Shown here in pieces: positions 38,000-48,900 of a stretch of DNA of 64,000 nucleotides (position 1 is its first letter; every line of letters begins with the position of its first letter). Under the pieces are notes generated by a model that worked only from the letters and a program-made list of their open reading frames with translations, was not told the DNA's origin and did no database searches. Origin of the DNA: an uncultured Chitinophagales bacterium. Its GTDB lineage: Bacteria > Bacteroidota > Bacteroidia > Chitinophagales > CAZNGA01. Where the stretch lies: positions 10,874 to 74,873 of the forward strand of contig CAZNGA010000002.1 of assembly GCA_964572485.1 (NCBI GenBank), written 5' to 3'. A program made the translations under genes and the position numbers.

Positions 38000-38242
38000 G
38001 GCCAATAGTATCTTGTTAGCGATTATCTCAATAGTGTCTGTACTGTGTAAATATAATGATTTTGACAGAGTTTTAAAATTTTTGGAGCGATTAATACAAT
38101 ATGTAATAAAATTCTGTAACTTTGATTGAGACACTCGCAATTACACGGTAAACGGGCGTATTGGCTTCCTATTTATTTGTTATAGTAGTTATAATAAATA
38201 TAGGATTATTTTCTTTAAATTCGATCCATAAAACATATCAAA

Positions 38243-41002
38243 ATGAGCAAGTTACTATCCATCATTTTTTGTGCAATAATTTTAAGTTCTCAGCTGGGTT
38301 ATTCACAAGATTCCACCTCAAATAAAACTCCAAAGAAAGAGACTGATAACAGTATGGAAAAACTGATAGTTAAAGGAAATAAATTATTGAAAAAGGGGGA
38401 GTTTGTCAGCGCTCTTGATGTATGGAAAGAAGTTCAGGGTAAAGCCCCTAACAATGCTGATGCCAATTTTAAACTAGGGTTATGTTATCATAATACTATA
38501 GATCAGCAAACGAAAGCCCTGCCCTATTTTAAGAAAGCAGTAACTAAAATGACCCCTGAATACGATTTCAACACAAAAAATGGTGAAGAAGCACCATTTG
38601 ATGCCATGTATTTCTTAGGGCATTCCTATCTTGCTATGAGTCAACCGGATAGTGCTTATACTAATTTCGTGATGTATCAGGAAAAATATGATGGTTCGCC
38701 TCCCATTAGTGTTGACAAAGATATTCTTACCTGTTTGAATGCAAAGCGAAGCACTAAAGCTCCCAGAGATGTTACTATCATGAAGTTGGGAGGAGGATTG
38801 AATACTAATTTTGCAGAAACTAATCCTGTAGTTACCATTGATAACTCTATTATGTTCTACGGAACAAGAAGGATCAGAAAAGATGCCAGCAATAAGGATA
38901 TTATTGACGTGAGAGGCAGATATAACCAGGACATTTATATTGCAAAAAAAGATGCAAAAGGGAAGTGGGAGAATGCAGGCATTTTTAAATTAAGCACCAG
39001 TGGCAGTGAAGTTCCACTAGCCATATCGGCTGATGGGCTGACATTATATCTTCGAAAAGATAAAAATGGTGTATCCAATTTATATACTAGTGCCTTTAAG
39101 GATGGAGTATGGGAAACTCCTAAAGCTCTTGGAGGTATCAATTCATCATTTAATGAAACCGGAGTAACTGTTTCGGGAGATGGAAAATATCTGTATTTTA
39201 TCAGCGATCGTGAAGGTGGCAATGGAAATATGGATATATATCAATGCATCAGAAAATCCAATGGTAAATGGGGTCCTCCAAAAAACATTGGGGCCAAAAT
39301 AAATACTAAATACAATGAAACTTCTCCATTTATTCATCCCAATGGAAAAACATTATTTTTCAGTTCAGATGGATATAAGTACAAAGGTAACGGGGGATAT
39401 GACATCTATTTCACGGAGATGCTGGATGACGGAAGTTGGTCTGAACCAGAAAACATGGGCTATCCGATCAATACAACACGTGACGATCTGAATTACTATA
39501 TCACGTCAGGTGGCATAAGATATTATACAACCATAGACAGCAAAAACAGTTTCGACATCTTTGAGATCAAAGGTGGTGGTTTCGCAATTGAGAATGTAGA
39601 TGTAGGCACCGAAGTTGTTGTATTGACCAAAGAGATGGATGTTACTGAAGTGCTTGAAGTGGTTGAAGAAGTCGAGACGGAAGTTGAAGTCGTTGAGACC
39701 ATTGAAACAGAGGTCATCGTTGAATCTGAAGTTGAAGTTATAGACCTTACTGCTCTTGATGAATTGACGATTCCTGATGAGGCTGCAAAAACAGAATTGG
39801 CCAAAGCAGAGGCGGAAAAAGCAAAAGCGGAAGCAGAAGTTAAGATCGCTGAAGCTGTTATTGCAGAAGCTGAAAAGAAGAAAGCCGAAGCTATTATTGC
39901 TGAAGCCGAAGTTGAAAAGGCAAAGGTAGAAGCTGAGGTAATGAAAGCTAAGGCAGAGGTTGCTGCAGCAGAAATAGCTAAAGCTGAAGCGGAAATAAAG
40001 AAAGCCGAAGGTGAAGTTGCAGCTGCAGAGCGCGCAAAATCAGAAGCCGAAAAAGCAAAAGAAGATGCTAAGATTAAGGAAGCTGAAGCTTTAATTGCAA
40101 AAGCAGAATTGAAAAAAGCTGAGGTGGAGATCAAAAAAGCGGAAGCTGTTAAAGCTAAAGCTGATGCTCTAAAGGCGAAAGAAGAGAGGAAAGCTGCAAA
40201 ACCGCTTGCTAAGATCGCAGCCGCTGAGGCAGCAAAGGCAGAAGCCGAAAAAGCCAAAGCTGACAATGAGCGCGCAAAATTAGAATCTGCTGCTCAGGAA
40301 GAGAAAGCCGCTGCTGATAAAGCCAGGGCTGAGGCCGATATTGCTAAGGCGGAAGCTGAAAAGGCAAAAGCGGAAGCCGAAAAAGCGGCATCCGAAAAAG
40401 GGCTAGCTGAAGCGGAAACACAGAAAGAAAGGGCAGCAATTGAAAAGGAAAAAGCGGCCGCTGATAAAGCCAAAGGGGACGCAGAAAAAGCCACAGCAGA
40501 CAAAGCAAAAGCGCAAGCCGATGCTGAGAAAGCTAAGGCAGAAGCGGATAAAGCGAAAGCTGAAAGCGCCAAGTTGGCATCTCAGAAAGCTGCCACTGAA
40601 GCTACTGCTCAAAAAGAGAGAGCCATAGCCGATAAAGCCAAAGCTGAGGCGGATAAAGCGAAAGCTGCTGCTGATAAAGCAAAAGCAGACGCTGAAAAGG
40701 CAAAAGCCAAAGCAGATCAGGCCGCATCAGAAGCAGCAAAGGCGAAAGCTGCAGGCACCGGTAGAAAAGAAAAAGCAGAAGCGGATAAAGCCAGGGCTGA
40801 TGCCGACAAAGCTAAGGCAGAAGCTGATAAAGCGAAAGCAGAAGCTGATAAAGCGGCCTCTGAAGAAGCTAAATCGAAAGCTGACTCTGCAACAGCTAAA
40901 GCCAAAGCTGAAAAGGCAAAAGCAGATGCAGCTAAAGCCAAGGCAGAAGCGGAAAAAGCCAAAACTGAATCAAAGAAAGGCGGGCAGCAAGGGCCTAAAT
41001 AA
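38243..41002 (+). CDS. Exported TPR + PD40 (TolB-like) beta-propeller protein with an acidic Glu/Val segment and a ~400-aa Ala/Lys/Glu low-complexity C-terminus, 919 aa
   Basis: Signal peptide MSKLLSIIFCAIILSSQLGYS. TPR-like N-terminal region. PD40 repeats (NSSFNETGVTVSGDGKYLYFISDREGGNGNMDIYQC; NTKYNETSPFIHPNGKTLFFSSDG...GGYDIYFTE). E/V-rich segment at 39608-39750. The (A/K/E)n tract runs ~39780-40970, at the position where related Bacteroidota proteins usually carry an OmpA_C domain. Confidence 0.8.
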   Translation: MSKLLSIIFCAIILSSQLGYSQDSTSNKTPKKETDNSMEKLIVKGNKLLKKGEFVSALDVWKEVQGKAPNNADANFKLGLCYHNTIDQQTKALPYFKKAVTKMTPEYDFNTKNGEEAPFDAMYFLGHSYLAMSQPDSAYTNFVMYQEKYDGSPPISVDKDILTCLNAKRSTKAPRDVTIMKLGGGLNTNFAETNPVVTIDNSIMFYGTRRIRKDASNKDIIDVRGRYNQDIYIAKKDAKGKWENAGIFKLSTSGSEVPLAISADGLTLYLRKDKNGVSNLYTSAFKDGVWETPKALGGINSSFNETGVTVSGDGKYLYFISDREGGNGNMDIYQCIRKSNGKWGPPKNIGAKINTKYNETSPFIHPNGKTLFFSSDGYKYKGNGGYDIYFTEMLDDGSWSEPENMGYPINTTRDDLNYYITSGGIRYYTTIDSKNSFDIFEIKGGGFAIENVDVGTEVVVLTKEMDVTEVLEVVEEVETEVEVVETIETEVIVESEVEVIDLTALDELTIPDEAAKTELAKAEAEKAKAEAEVKIAEAVIAEAEKKKAEAIIAEAEVEKAKVEAEVMKAKAEVAAAEIAKAEAEIKKAEGEVAAAERAKSEAEKAKEDAKIKEAEALIAKAELKKAEVEIKKAEAVKAKADALKAKEERKAAKPLAKIAAAEAAKAEAEKAKADNERAKLESAAQEEKAAADKARAEADIAKAEAEKAKAEAEKAASEKGLAEAETQKERAAIEKEKAAADKAKGDAEKATADKAKAQADAEKAKAEADKAKAESAKLASQKAATEATAQKERAIADKAKAEADKAKAAADKAKADAEKAKAKADQAASEAAKAKAAGTGRKEKAEADKARADADKAKAEADKAKAEADKAASEEAKSKADSATAKAKAEKAKADAAKAKAEAEKAKTESKKGGQQGPK
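39780..40970 (+). repeat. Low-complexity GCN/AAR/GAR coding tract (Ala/Lys/Glu)
   Basis: Reiterated AKAEAEKAKAEA / ADKAKAEADKAKA strings. Antisense ORFs reading SAFA... are composition artefacts. Confidence 0.85.
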
Positions 41003-41027
41003 GAGTATCTGAATTTGATACCACTTT

Positions 41028-42185
41028 CTAATGCACCTGGAATTGCCAGTTGGCATAATCAATGATATCCACTCTTTGGTAATAATATTTGATAATATCC
41101 TTGTAGCTATATTTCAATTCTGCCATCCTGTTGGCCCCTTCCTGGCTCAACCCTACCCCATGACCATATCCCCTTCCATTGAAAACAAGTGTATCTCCTT
41201 TCGTCTCCATGGTAAAATAGGTAGATCGCAACTTCAGGTCCTTTCTTATATCTGCTAAAAGGATACGTGTGTTATTGCTGTAATAGTACTTTGCCCTGAC
41301 AAAGGTAGTATCGCAATAATAAGTTGACACTTTGGTTTTCGTCTTCCTGGATAAATATTCTTTCCATTTCATGACAGGGATCTTAAATTCCCAGGAATAG
41401 TTCCTACCCCTTAATGCATAGGGGTCGGGCTTTGATTTTAAATATGAGCAAGTCCCTCCCCATACATATTCTGAACCGACGGTTTGTCCACCACTATTTG
41501 AATGAAAGACAGCATTGATCAATCGCCCTTTTTCATCTACGACTACTAATCCCTTTGTGGAGATGGTGGCATTACGAATACCAGCACTTATTCGAAGATT
41601 TCCTGAATACACCTGGCAATGAGTTCGGTCACACAGATCAAATCCATCACTTTCATGTCTTCGCCTATTCCTCATAATATATGTTCTGCTGACAACTGCC
41701 ATCGCTTTTAGAAATTCCAGCTCAGAAAGATCCCCTATCTCTGCTCTTACCACCCCCATTAGGTACTTCTGAATATCAATAATATTGATCATCCATAAGT
41801 TCCTTGATCTGGAAGTCAGCGTCAACCCACCTTGATATACATACTCCAATGTATCAATTTCAGGCATTCTAAATGCGAACTCACTATAATCCTCTACCCC
41901 TTTGATCATCACCATATAATTTCTGTCATATATAGTGTCTTTTGTAATGACCCGGATCAAGCTGGTCTTATATACTACCAATTCGAACTTGTTCCCCGGG
42001 TGAAGAGTTGCTACCAATTCACCATTGGCCCAAAGCTCATAAGACCCTGTGTCAATGACAAATTCCATCCGATGCACTTCCTTGTCCATGTGCAATCCGA
42101 TATGAACTTCACCTTGTGCCCATAATATTTGGGAATACATTGCAAAACACATTATCAATACAATTACATTTTTGCTTTTTGTCAT
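41028..42185 (-). CDS. SpoIID/LytB-domain protein (putative peptidoglycan lytic/amidase-enhancer type)
   Basis: Signal peptide. Motifs LKAMAVVSRTY, CDRTHCQVY, VFHSNSGGQT and GYGHGVGLSQEGA are characteristic of the SpoIID/LytB domain. The start overlaps the lpxB stop by 4 nt. Confidence 0.8.
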   Translation of the reverse strand: MTKSKNVIVLIMCFAMYSQILWAQGEVHIGLHMDKEVHRMEFVIDTGSYELWANGELVATLHPGNKFELVVYKTSLIRVITKDTIYDRNYMVMIKGVEDYSEFAFRMPEIDTLEYVYQGGLTLTSRSRNLWMINIIDIQKYLMGVVRAEIGDLSELEFLKAMAVVSRTYIMRNRRRHESDGFDLCDRTHCQVYSGNLRISAGIRNATISTKGLVVVDEKGRLINAVFHSNSGGQTVGSEYVWGGTCSYLKSKPDPYALRGRNYSWEFKIPVMKWKEYLSRKTKTKVSTYYCDTTFVRAKYYYSNNTRILLADIRKDLKLRSTYFTMETKGDTLVFNGRGYGHGVGLSQEGANRMAELKYSYKDIIKYYYQRVDIIDYANWQFQVH

Positions 42186-43297
42186 GATGCTTTTTGTAAA
42201 AATTGATGAATTAATTGTGCTGTGGTCGCCGAAGCGCCCTCACCACCAAGTTTTAACTTCAATTGTTGGTAATTATCGATCATTGTTTTCCTGACCTCTT
42301 TATCAAATAAGATCTTATCCAAATTATTCTTCAAATTGTCAATGGTAAAATCATTTTGTATTAATTCTGTCACCACCTCCTTGTCCATTATTAAATTGAC
42401 GAGTGCAATAAACTTAACATCCACCAACCATTTGCCGAGTGCAAAAGAGAGCTTATTCCCTTTGTAACAAACCACCTGTGGGATATCAAACAGGGCAGTT
42501 TCAAGGGTGGCTGTGCCAGAGGTCACGATAGCAGCTTCAGCTTGCTCGAGAAGATCATAGGTATTGTCTTCCAGGAATTTCACATTATCACCCTTTACCA
42601 ATTGCTCATAAAATGATCGATCAATATGGCTGACGACCCCTACAACAAATTGAAGATCTTTGTAGATGGTTGCCAATTGCACCATGACCGGAAGCATTTT
42701 AAGGATCTCCTGCTTTCTGCTTCCAGGTAAAATCGCAATGATCGGTTGGTCATTCAGTCCATTTTCTTCCCTAAATTGATGATTAGGTATCTTTTGCGCA
42801 ATAGCATCCAGCAAAGGATGGCCAACAAATGACACTTCATAGTTCCATTTCCTGTAGAACTCCTGCTCAAATGGTAATATGACATACATTCTGTCGACGT
42901 ACTTTTTTATTTTTTTGATCCTATTTGCATGCCACGCCCACACCTGAGGTGATATATAATAAATGACCTTATAGCCCGCCCGGCTGGCAAATTTTGCGAT
43001 CCTGAGGTTAAAGCCCGGGTAATCGATCAGAATGATTGCCTCCGGTTGGAATTCTGCAATATCCTTTTTACAAAATGCAATGTTCTTCAAGATCACTGAA
43101 AGATTGGTGAGCACCTCCCAGAAGCCCATAAAGGCGAGTTCGCGATAGTGCCTTACCAGCTTCCCCCCTGCAGCTTGCATCTTATCACCACCCCAACATC
43201 TTATCACAGCATTTGCATCTACCCTTTTGATCTCCTTCATTAAGTTTGCTCCATGAAGATCACCCGATACTTCTCCTGCTATGATATAATAGTTCAT
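42182..43297 (-). CDS. lpxB: Lipid-A-disaccharide synthase
   Basis: N-terminus MNYYIIAGEVSGDLHGANLMKEIK. Also DYPGFNLRIAKF, LPGSRKQEI and VTSGTATLETAL. Size 371 aa. Confidence 0.9.
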   Translation of the reverse strand: MNYYIIAGEVSGDLHGANLMKEIKRVDANAVIRCWGGDKMQAAGGKLVRHYRELAFMGFWEVLTNLSVILKNIAFCKKDIAEFQPEAIILIDYPGFNLRIAKFASRAGYKVIYYISPQVWAWHANRIKKIKKYVDRMYVILPFEQEFYRKWNYEVSFVGHPLLDAIAQKIPNHQFREENGLNDQPIIAILPGSRKQEILKMLPVMVQLATIYKDLQFVVGVVSHIDRSFYEQLVKGDNVKFLEDNTYDLLEQAEAAIVTSGTATLETALFDIPQVVCYKGNKLSFALGKWLVDVKFIALVNLIMDKEVVTELIQNDFTIDNLKNNLDKILFDKEVRKTMIDNYQQLKLKLGGEGASATTAQLIHQFLQKAS

Positions 43298-43298
43298 C

Positions 43299-43613
43299 TT
43301 ATAAATTGAACCAATTAATTACAAGCAAAATGACCATTAAACCGCCATACAATAATGTAGAGATCACGACTCCCCTACCTGCTTTATCCATTTTAAGCCA
43401 GAGAAATATAAAGAACAACAGCAAATTGGATAGTGCTGATAAACCAATAATTTTCGGAAGTATCTCTGCTCGTGAAATAAAGTCCAAATACTCATCAAAT
43501 GCAATTGAGGAAAACCTTCCCAAATATATTAGCCCACAACCAATTAATGGTGCCAGTATTCCAAAATTCAATCCGTTGATCAATGTGTTAAATCTCTCTT
43601 TCATAACTCCCAA
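43299..43613 (-). CDS. Small hydrophobic membrane protein (3 predicted TM segments), unknown function
   Basis: Co-oriented with and wedged between surE and lpxB: it overlaps the surE stop by 13 nt and its stop is 1 nt from the lpxB start. Three hydrophobic stretches. Preferred over the opposite-strand ORF 43306-43665. Confidence 0.55.
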   Translation of the reverse strand: MGVMKERFNTLINGLNFGILAPLIGCGLIYLGRFSSIAFDEYLDFISRAEILPKIIGLSALSNLLLFFIFLWLKMDKAGRGVVISTLLYGGLMVILLVINWFNL

Positions 43614-44374
43614 TTTTTTTTCAAAACATCCATTGTTTTATAAGCGGTCAGATCATATTGTATAGGAACCACTGATACATACCCATTCTTCAACGCCCAC
43701 TCATCAGTATCCTCCCCATTATCATGGTTCACAAATTTTCCGGTAAGCCAATAATAATTTTGTCCCCGAGGATCGGTACGCTGGTCAAATTCTTCTTCCC
43801 ATTTTGCATTTGCCTGCCTACATATCTTGATCCCTTTAAATCCATCAGAAGAATTCTCAGGCATATTCACATTCAACAAAACACCTTCAGGTAATCCATT
43901 ATCCAATACCAGGGAAGCTATCTTTTTGCAGTATATCTTAGCTACCGTGAGGTCGACATCATAATCATTATCGATCACTGAAAATCCAATGCCATTGATC
44001 CCTTCGATTGATCCTTCCATCGCGGCCGACATGGTACCTGAGTAGATCACATTGATCGAAGAATTTATTCCGTGATTGATCCCTGCCACACAGAGGTCAG
44101 GTTTCCTCTTCAAGATCACGCTCACAGCCAGCTTCACACAATCAACAGGTGTTCCCGTGCATTGATAGGCCTCCACATTTTCAAAGATATCCACTTTCTT
44201 CAACCTCAATGGCTCACCGATAGTTATCGCGTAGCCTTTACTTGATTGGGGCTTATCGGGTGCCACAACCACTACCGTACCTAACTCCTGCATGGTTGTC
44301 ACCAACGCCTTTATGCCTGGGGATGTGATCCCGTCATCATTAGTAACTAATATTATTGGCTTCTCTTCTTTCAT
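43601..44374 (-). CDS. surE: 5'/3'-nucleotidase SurE
   Basis: ILVTNDDGITSPGIKAL..., GINHGINSSINVIYSGTMSAAMEG, 257 aa. Confidence 0.9.
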   Translation of the reverse strand: MKEEKPIILVTNDDGITSPGIKALVTTMQELGTVVVVAPDKPQSSKGYAITIGEPLRLKKVDIFENVEAYQCTGTPVDCVKLAVSVILKRKPDLCVAGINHGINSSINVIYSGTMSAAMEGSIEGINGIGFSVIDNDYDVDLTVAKIYCKKIASLVLDNGLPEGVLLNVNMPENSSDGFKGIKICRQANAKWEEEFDQRTDPRGQNYYWLTGKFVNHDNGEDTDEWALKNGYVSVVPIQYDLTAYKTMDVLKKNWEL

Positions 44375-44409
44375 TATTAACTTATTCAGATCCTCTTTAT
44401 TTCTTTATT

Positions 44410-45768
44410 TCAATTAAAAATGAGCAATCCGCCACCAAAAATGATGATCCCGATCATCATTAGAAAAAGAGTATAAGGCAGCAGGTCTTTCGCTTGCAAT
44501 CCGGTAATTGCCAATAATGGTAATGCCCAAAACGGCTGGATCATATTGGTCAACTGATCACCATAAGCCATTGCCATAACACTCTTCTCTATGGAGATCC
44601 CCATTTGTTGTGCCGCATCAATGATTATTGGACCCTGCACCGCCCATTGCCCTCCTCCACTTGGCACAAAGATATTAACAATCCCCGCACTTAAAAATGT
44701 AAAAAGAGGATAGGTGGTTTGTGTAGATATCTCCACAAAGAAATTTGAAAAAAAATAGACCAACCCTGACGAGGTCATGATACCCATGATCCCAAAGTAT
44801 AGTGGAAATTGTATCAGGATGCCGGAAGCACCACTGATCGCATCATCAATGGCATTAAGGTACTTTGTAAAGTTGCCATGCAATAATATCCCCAATCCAA
44901 ACAATGATAAATTGATATAATTTGGATTCAAGAATGACAATGGATTGTTCTTTGTAGTAATTGTTGAATACGCAATATAACCAGCCATAAAAAGAAGCAA
45001 TCCTGCAAACAGATAGGATAATATCCTTGAATTATCCAACCGCTCTGCCCCGGTGACCACCTTAGTCTCTTGCTTCGGTTTCAGTGGCTCTATAGTGGTC
45101 TCCACTGCTGACAATCGGGTTCCTAATAAATACATAGCTAAAGGGAGGAGGAGCAACAACGCGATAGAGATGGTGATGTTCATTGTGGAAAAGGTGGTTT
45201 CCGATAACGCGATCTGACCAATTTGTTCCTCAAAGAAATGACCTTCTTCGGCAATCTTCAATGGCGCACTACCTGACAAGCCTCCGTGCCATACCATCAG
45301 TCCGGAATAACCTGCAGCACCAATAATAGGATAGTTCATTTTGTAATTATGCTGCTTGGCGTACTCCCCCACTTTTCTTGCAAATACAGCACCAAATATC
45401 AATCCTAACCCCCAATTGAACAGAGCCACAACCACAGTAAAAAAGGTCACGATGGCAGCGGCTTTAGCAGTGGTATTACAATATTTCAACAATATCCTTA
45501 TCAGGTCATCAGCTTGTTTGGTCAACGCCAAAACATGCCCCAAAACCAGTATCAGCATCATTTGCATAGCAAAGACCATCAACTTACCATCCCACATACC
45601 ATGTTCCCAATAGGATAATATTTGCACCAAATGAGGAGAAGAAATAGGAGCCGGCGATGTAAATAAAAGTGCCAAGCATATCGTCAGCAAGGTTAAAAGT
45701 ACAGCAATAGTAAAGGGCATTGGAAGCACCTTACGGGCGACATCAGCAAACCGTTCAGAAAATGACAT
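44410..45768 (-). CDS. Short-chain fatty acid transporter family (AtoE-like) membrane protein
   Basis: Polytopic membrane protein. N-terminus MSFSERFADVARKVLPMPFTIAVLLT... and the ~450-aa length match AtoE-type transporters. The start is uncertain (ATG 45768 or 45786; the track start is 45864). Confidence 0.65.
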   Translation of the reverse strand: MSFSERFADVARKVLPMPFTIAVLLTLLTICLALLFTSPAPISSPHLVQILSYWEHGMWDGKLMVFAMQMMLILVLGHVLALTKQADDLIRILLKYCNTTAKAAAIVTFFTVVVALFNWGLGLIFGAVFARKVGEYAKQHNYKMNYPIIGAAGYSGLMVWHGGLSGSAPLKIAEEGHFFEEQIGQIALSETTFSTMNITISIALLLLLPLAMYLLGTRLSAVETTIEPLKPKQETKVVTGAERLDNSRILSYLFAGLLLFMAGYIAYSTITTKNNPLSFLNPNYINLSLFGLGILLHGNFTKYLNAIDDAISGASGILIQFPLYFGIMGIMTSSGLVYFFSNFFVEISTQTTYPLFTFLSAGIVNIFVPSGGGQWAVQGPIIIDAAQQMGISIEKSVMAMAYGDQLTNMIQPFWALPLLAITGLQAKDLLPYTLFLMMIGIIIFGGGLLIFN

Positions 45769-45920
45769 ACCTTGATTATGTGTCATTGTATATAGCCAAA
45801 AACAAAAATAGACTTTAATATGGTACCATAATCCACATTTATTTCTGTATGTCCATAATATCATTCATTTAATCAATTAACTATTTCTCAAAGGCATCGA
45901 ATTATAAAAATTAGATTCAT

Positions 45921-45928
45921 TAAATTTG
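45921..45928 (+). promoter_or_regulatory. Candidate -7 box (TAAATTTG) for the propeller-SpoIIE gene
   Basis: Matches TAnnTTTG, 22 nt upstream of ATG 45951. Confidence 0.35.
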
Positions 45929-45950
45929 TCGTCATCTAAAAATTTATCTT

Positions 45951-48900
45951 ATGAAGCATTTATTATTTATTAGCATCTTTTTATTCTGTACATCAGCTTT
46001 CATTTTTGGTCAAGTTGGAACGGGGGATACGTCAGCAGAAGGTTCTTTCATGTTGAATGGATACAATAATTTCACAACGTACTCCATTGAAAAAGGATTG
46101 CCTCAATCCAATATATACAGCATCATTCAGGATGGTCATGGGTATTTATGGGTAGGCACTGATGGAGGCGGAGTTTGCAAATTTGATGGAAGTTCTTTTA
46201 AGATATACGATAAGAAGAATGGCCTTTCCGGGAATGTAGTTAGGTCTCTTTTGGAAGATAGCAAAGGGCGGATCTGGATAGGAACAGATGAGGGTATCAC
46301 AGTCTATAATGGATTGAATTTTACAAATATTGGGCCGGAAGACAGCTTATCAGGGAATACAGTTTTGGCGCTTTATGAAGATACAGATAATAACATATGG
46401 GCAGCTACAGATGATGGGGGTGTTAATAAGATCCGCATTGAAAATAATAGTACGATCATTGAATCTTTTACTGAGAATGAGGGATTGGGGAGTAATTCTG
46501 TCTTTGATATTCAGCAGGATAATGATGGTCTTATCTGGTTAGCAACTATGGGTGGTGGCATCAGTATCATTTCTTTTCATGACGACAAAAATGATAGTAT
46601 CAAATTTGACATCACTGTTTTAGAAGAGGGAGCGGAAATTCCCAGTGCATTGATCCTGTCAATAGAAAAAGACTCGAATGGGGACCTTTACTTTGGGACC
46701 TATGGCAGTGGAGCATTTAAATTAGATATATCAGAAGGGTTTGGTTCCTATTCTATTAGTACTGTTGCACAACTAGATACAGGCACAGTTTGGGATATTT
46801 GCTGTCGCAAAAATGGTGAGATGTGGTTGGGCACACTTGGTAATGGGATTATTCGGATGAAAGGCTCAGGGGATAACGATGGTCCAGAGTACACCCATTA
46901 TTCGTTACCACAAGGGCTGCCAAACAATCAAATACTGAAAGTATTTGAAGATAACGAAATGAATATGTGGTTAGGAACAAATGGCCATGGATTATGTAAG
47001 TATATGGGGGATTACTTTACACATTATTCTAAAAAGGAAGGGTTATCAAATAATATGATCTGGGCGATAGACCAGGATGAAGAGGGGAATTTCTGGATCG
47101 GCTCTGATGGTGGTGGTTTGTCCAAACTGCATTTTGAGAATGGGAATCCTGTCTTTGAAAATTTTACAACGGTTGACGGTTTATCGAGCAATTTCATTTC
47201 AGACGTAGCAGTAGGAAATGCTAATAATCCAAATATTTGGATCGCAACAACTAACAAGGGAATCTGCAAATTTGATCCAAATAATAGTGAAGGTAACCAC
47301 TTTATTGCCTTGACGCTAGCTGACGGATTGATCGCAAACAGCGTCAGCAGTATTCTGGTAGACGACCATGGGATCGTTTGGTGTGGAACAGCTGAAGGTA
47401 TTAGCAGATATGACGGGGTAAAATTCGAGAACCTGTCAATGGAGACCATGATCATGAGTGATATGGGAGTAAAGACCATTATCAGAGATAAAAGAGGGAA
47501 TTTTTGGTTCGGTTCTGCAGGTGGTTTAGCACGATATGGCGGGGATGGGCAGCTAAGAACATTTGATCATGAAGAAGGGTTAATGGACCTGGATATAAAT
47601 GCTCTTGCTGAAGGGTTGAACGGAAACATTTGGATAGGAACCAATGGAGGCGGAATATATGAATTTGATGTAAAGATCGCTGATACCAGTTTCCCGATTC
47701 ATTTTGTAGTTGATGACAGTCTACTAAGTTCAAATTCCATTAATTCTTTAGTTTTCGTAAATGATAAAGTGCTTATTGTTGCCACTGACAGAGGATTTGA
47801 CAAGGTTCAATTTGACGACCAGAAAAAAATAATTAAAACCAGGAGCTATAACAGGTCTGATGGCTTTATTGGCGTGGAATGCAATGATAATGCAATCTTC
47901 AAAGATAAGTTAGGGAATATTTGGTTTGGGACCGTAAAGGGAATATCAAGATATAATCCTTCAAAGGAGCATGAAATGAATGAGCCCCCAAAGGTCCATC
48001 TCACCTCACTCCAATTATTTTATAAACAAGTGAACTGGGTGTCAAGAGTTGACTCCATTATCCCATGGTTCAACCTACCATATTCACTGGACCTTCCCTA
48101 TACCGACAATACCCTCACATTTAATTTTGCAGGTATTTCTTTAACAAATCCTGAAAAGGTTAGGTATAAATTTTACCTGGAAGGGAATGACAAAGAATGG
48201 GCTCCGCTAACCAATGAAAGGAAAAAAGATTTCTCAGGCCTTTCCCACGGTACATATACATTTCATGTGAAGGCCATAAACGCCAATGGTGTGGAGAGCA
48301 CTGAGGCCACAACCTATAGCTTTGAGATCCATCCTCCTTGGTATCAAACAACTACATTTTATATCATTTGCATTGGATTTATCATCATCGCAGTGTATGT
48401 ATATATAAAATGGCGGGAGCAGAAATTACAAAAAGAGAAAAAGGTGTTGGAAGAAAAAGTGGAAGAACGTACTGCAGAAGTGGTGAAGCAGAAAGATGAG
48501 ATCATGGAACAGAAGGAAGAGATTGAAGAAAAGAACAAAGATATCATGGACTCCATCAATTATGCCCAAACGATACAGGAAGCCATTTTGCCATTAGAGG
48601 AAGAAAGAAAGGCATTGCTCAAAGATTCGTTTGTGCTATTCAAACCAAAAGATGTGGTAAGTGGGGATTTTTATTGGATGGCTGAGAAAGATGGACACAC
48701 CTTATTCACTGCAGCGGATTGTACGGGGCATGGGGTACCTGGAGCATTCATGTCCATGATCGGATCTGCATTATTGACAGAGGTTGTGATAGACCAGGGA
48801 AAGATACAACCCAACGAAGTGCTCAATGGGGTAAGAGATGGGATCATCAAAGCGCTAAAGCAAACAGGAGCAGCAGGGGAAAGGAAGGATGGTATGGATG

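Noticed and set aside
38000-38140. The track extends the giant ORF 47 codons upstream (MRVSQSKLQNF...).
   Set aside because: The extension is AT-rich and has no protein-like features. The ATG at 37999 is immediately followed by a textbook signal peptide.
39523-40962. Minus- and plus-strand ORFs in the Ala/Lys/Glu tract (SAFAASA... and KRKQKLIKRK... translations).
   Set aside because: They are alternative-frame or antisense readings of a GCN/AAR/GAR low-complexity tract. The sense frame is continuous with the PD40 propeller gene.
43306-43665. A plus-strand 119-aa ORF between lpxB and surE.
   Set aside because: The minus-strand alternative encodes three clean TM segments and fits the operon junctions. 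The plus-strand product has no features.
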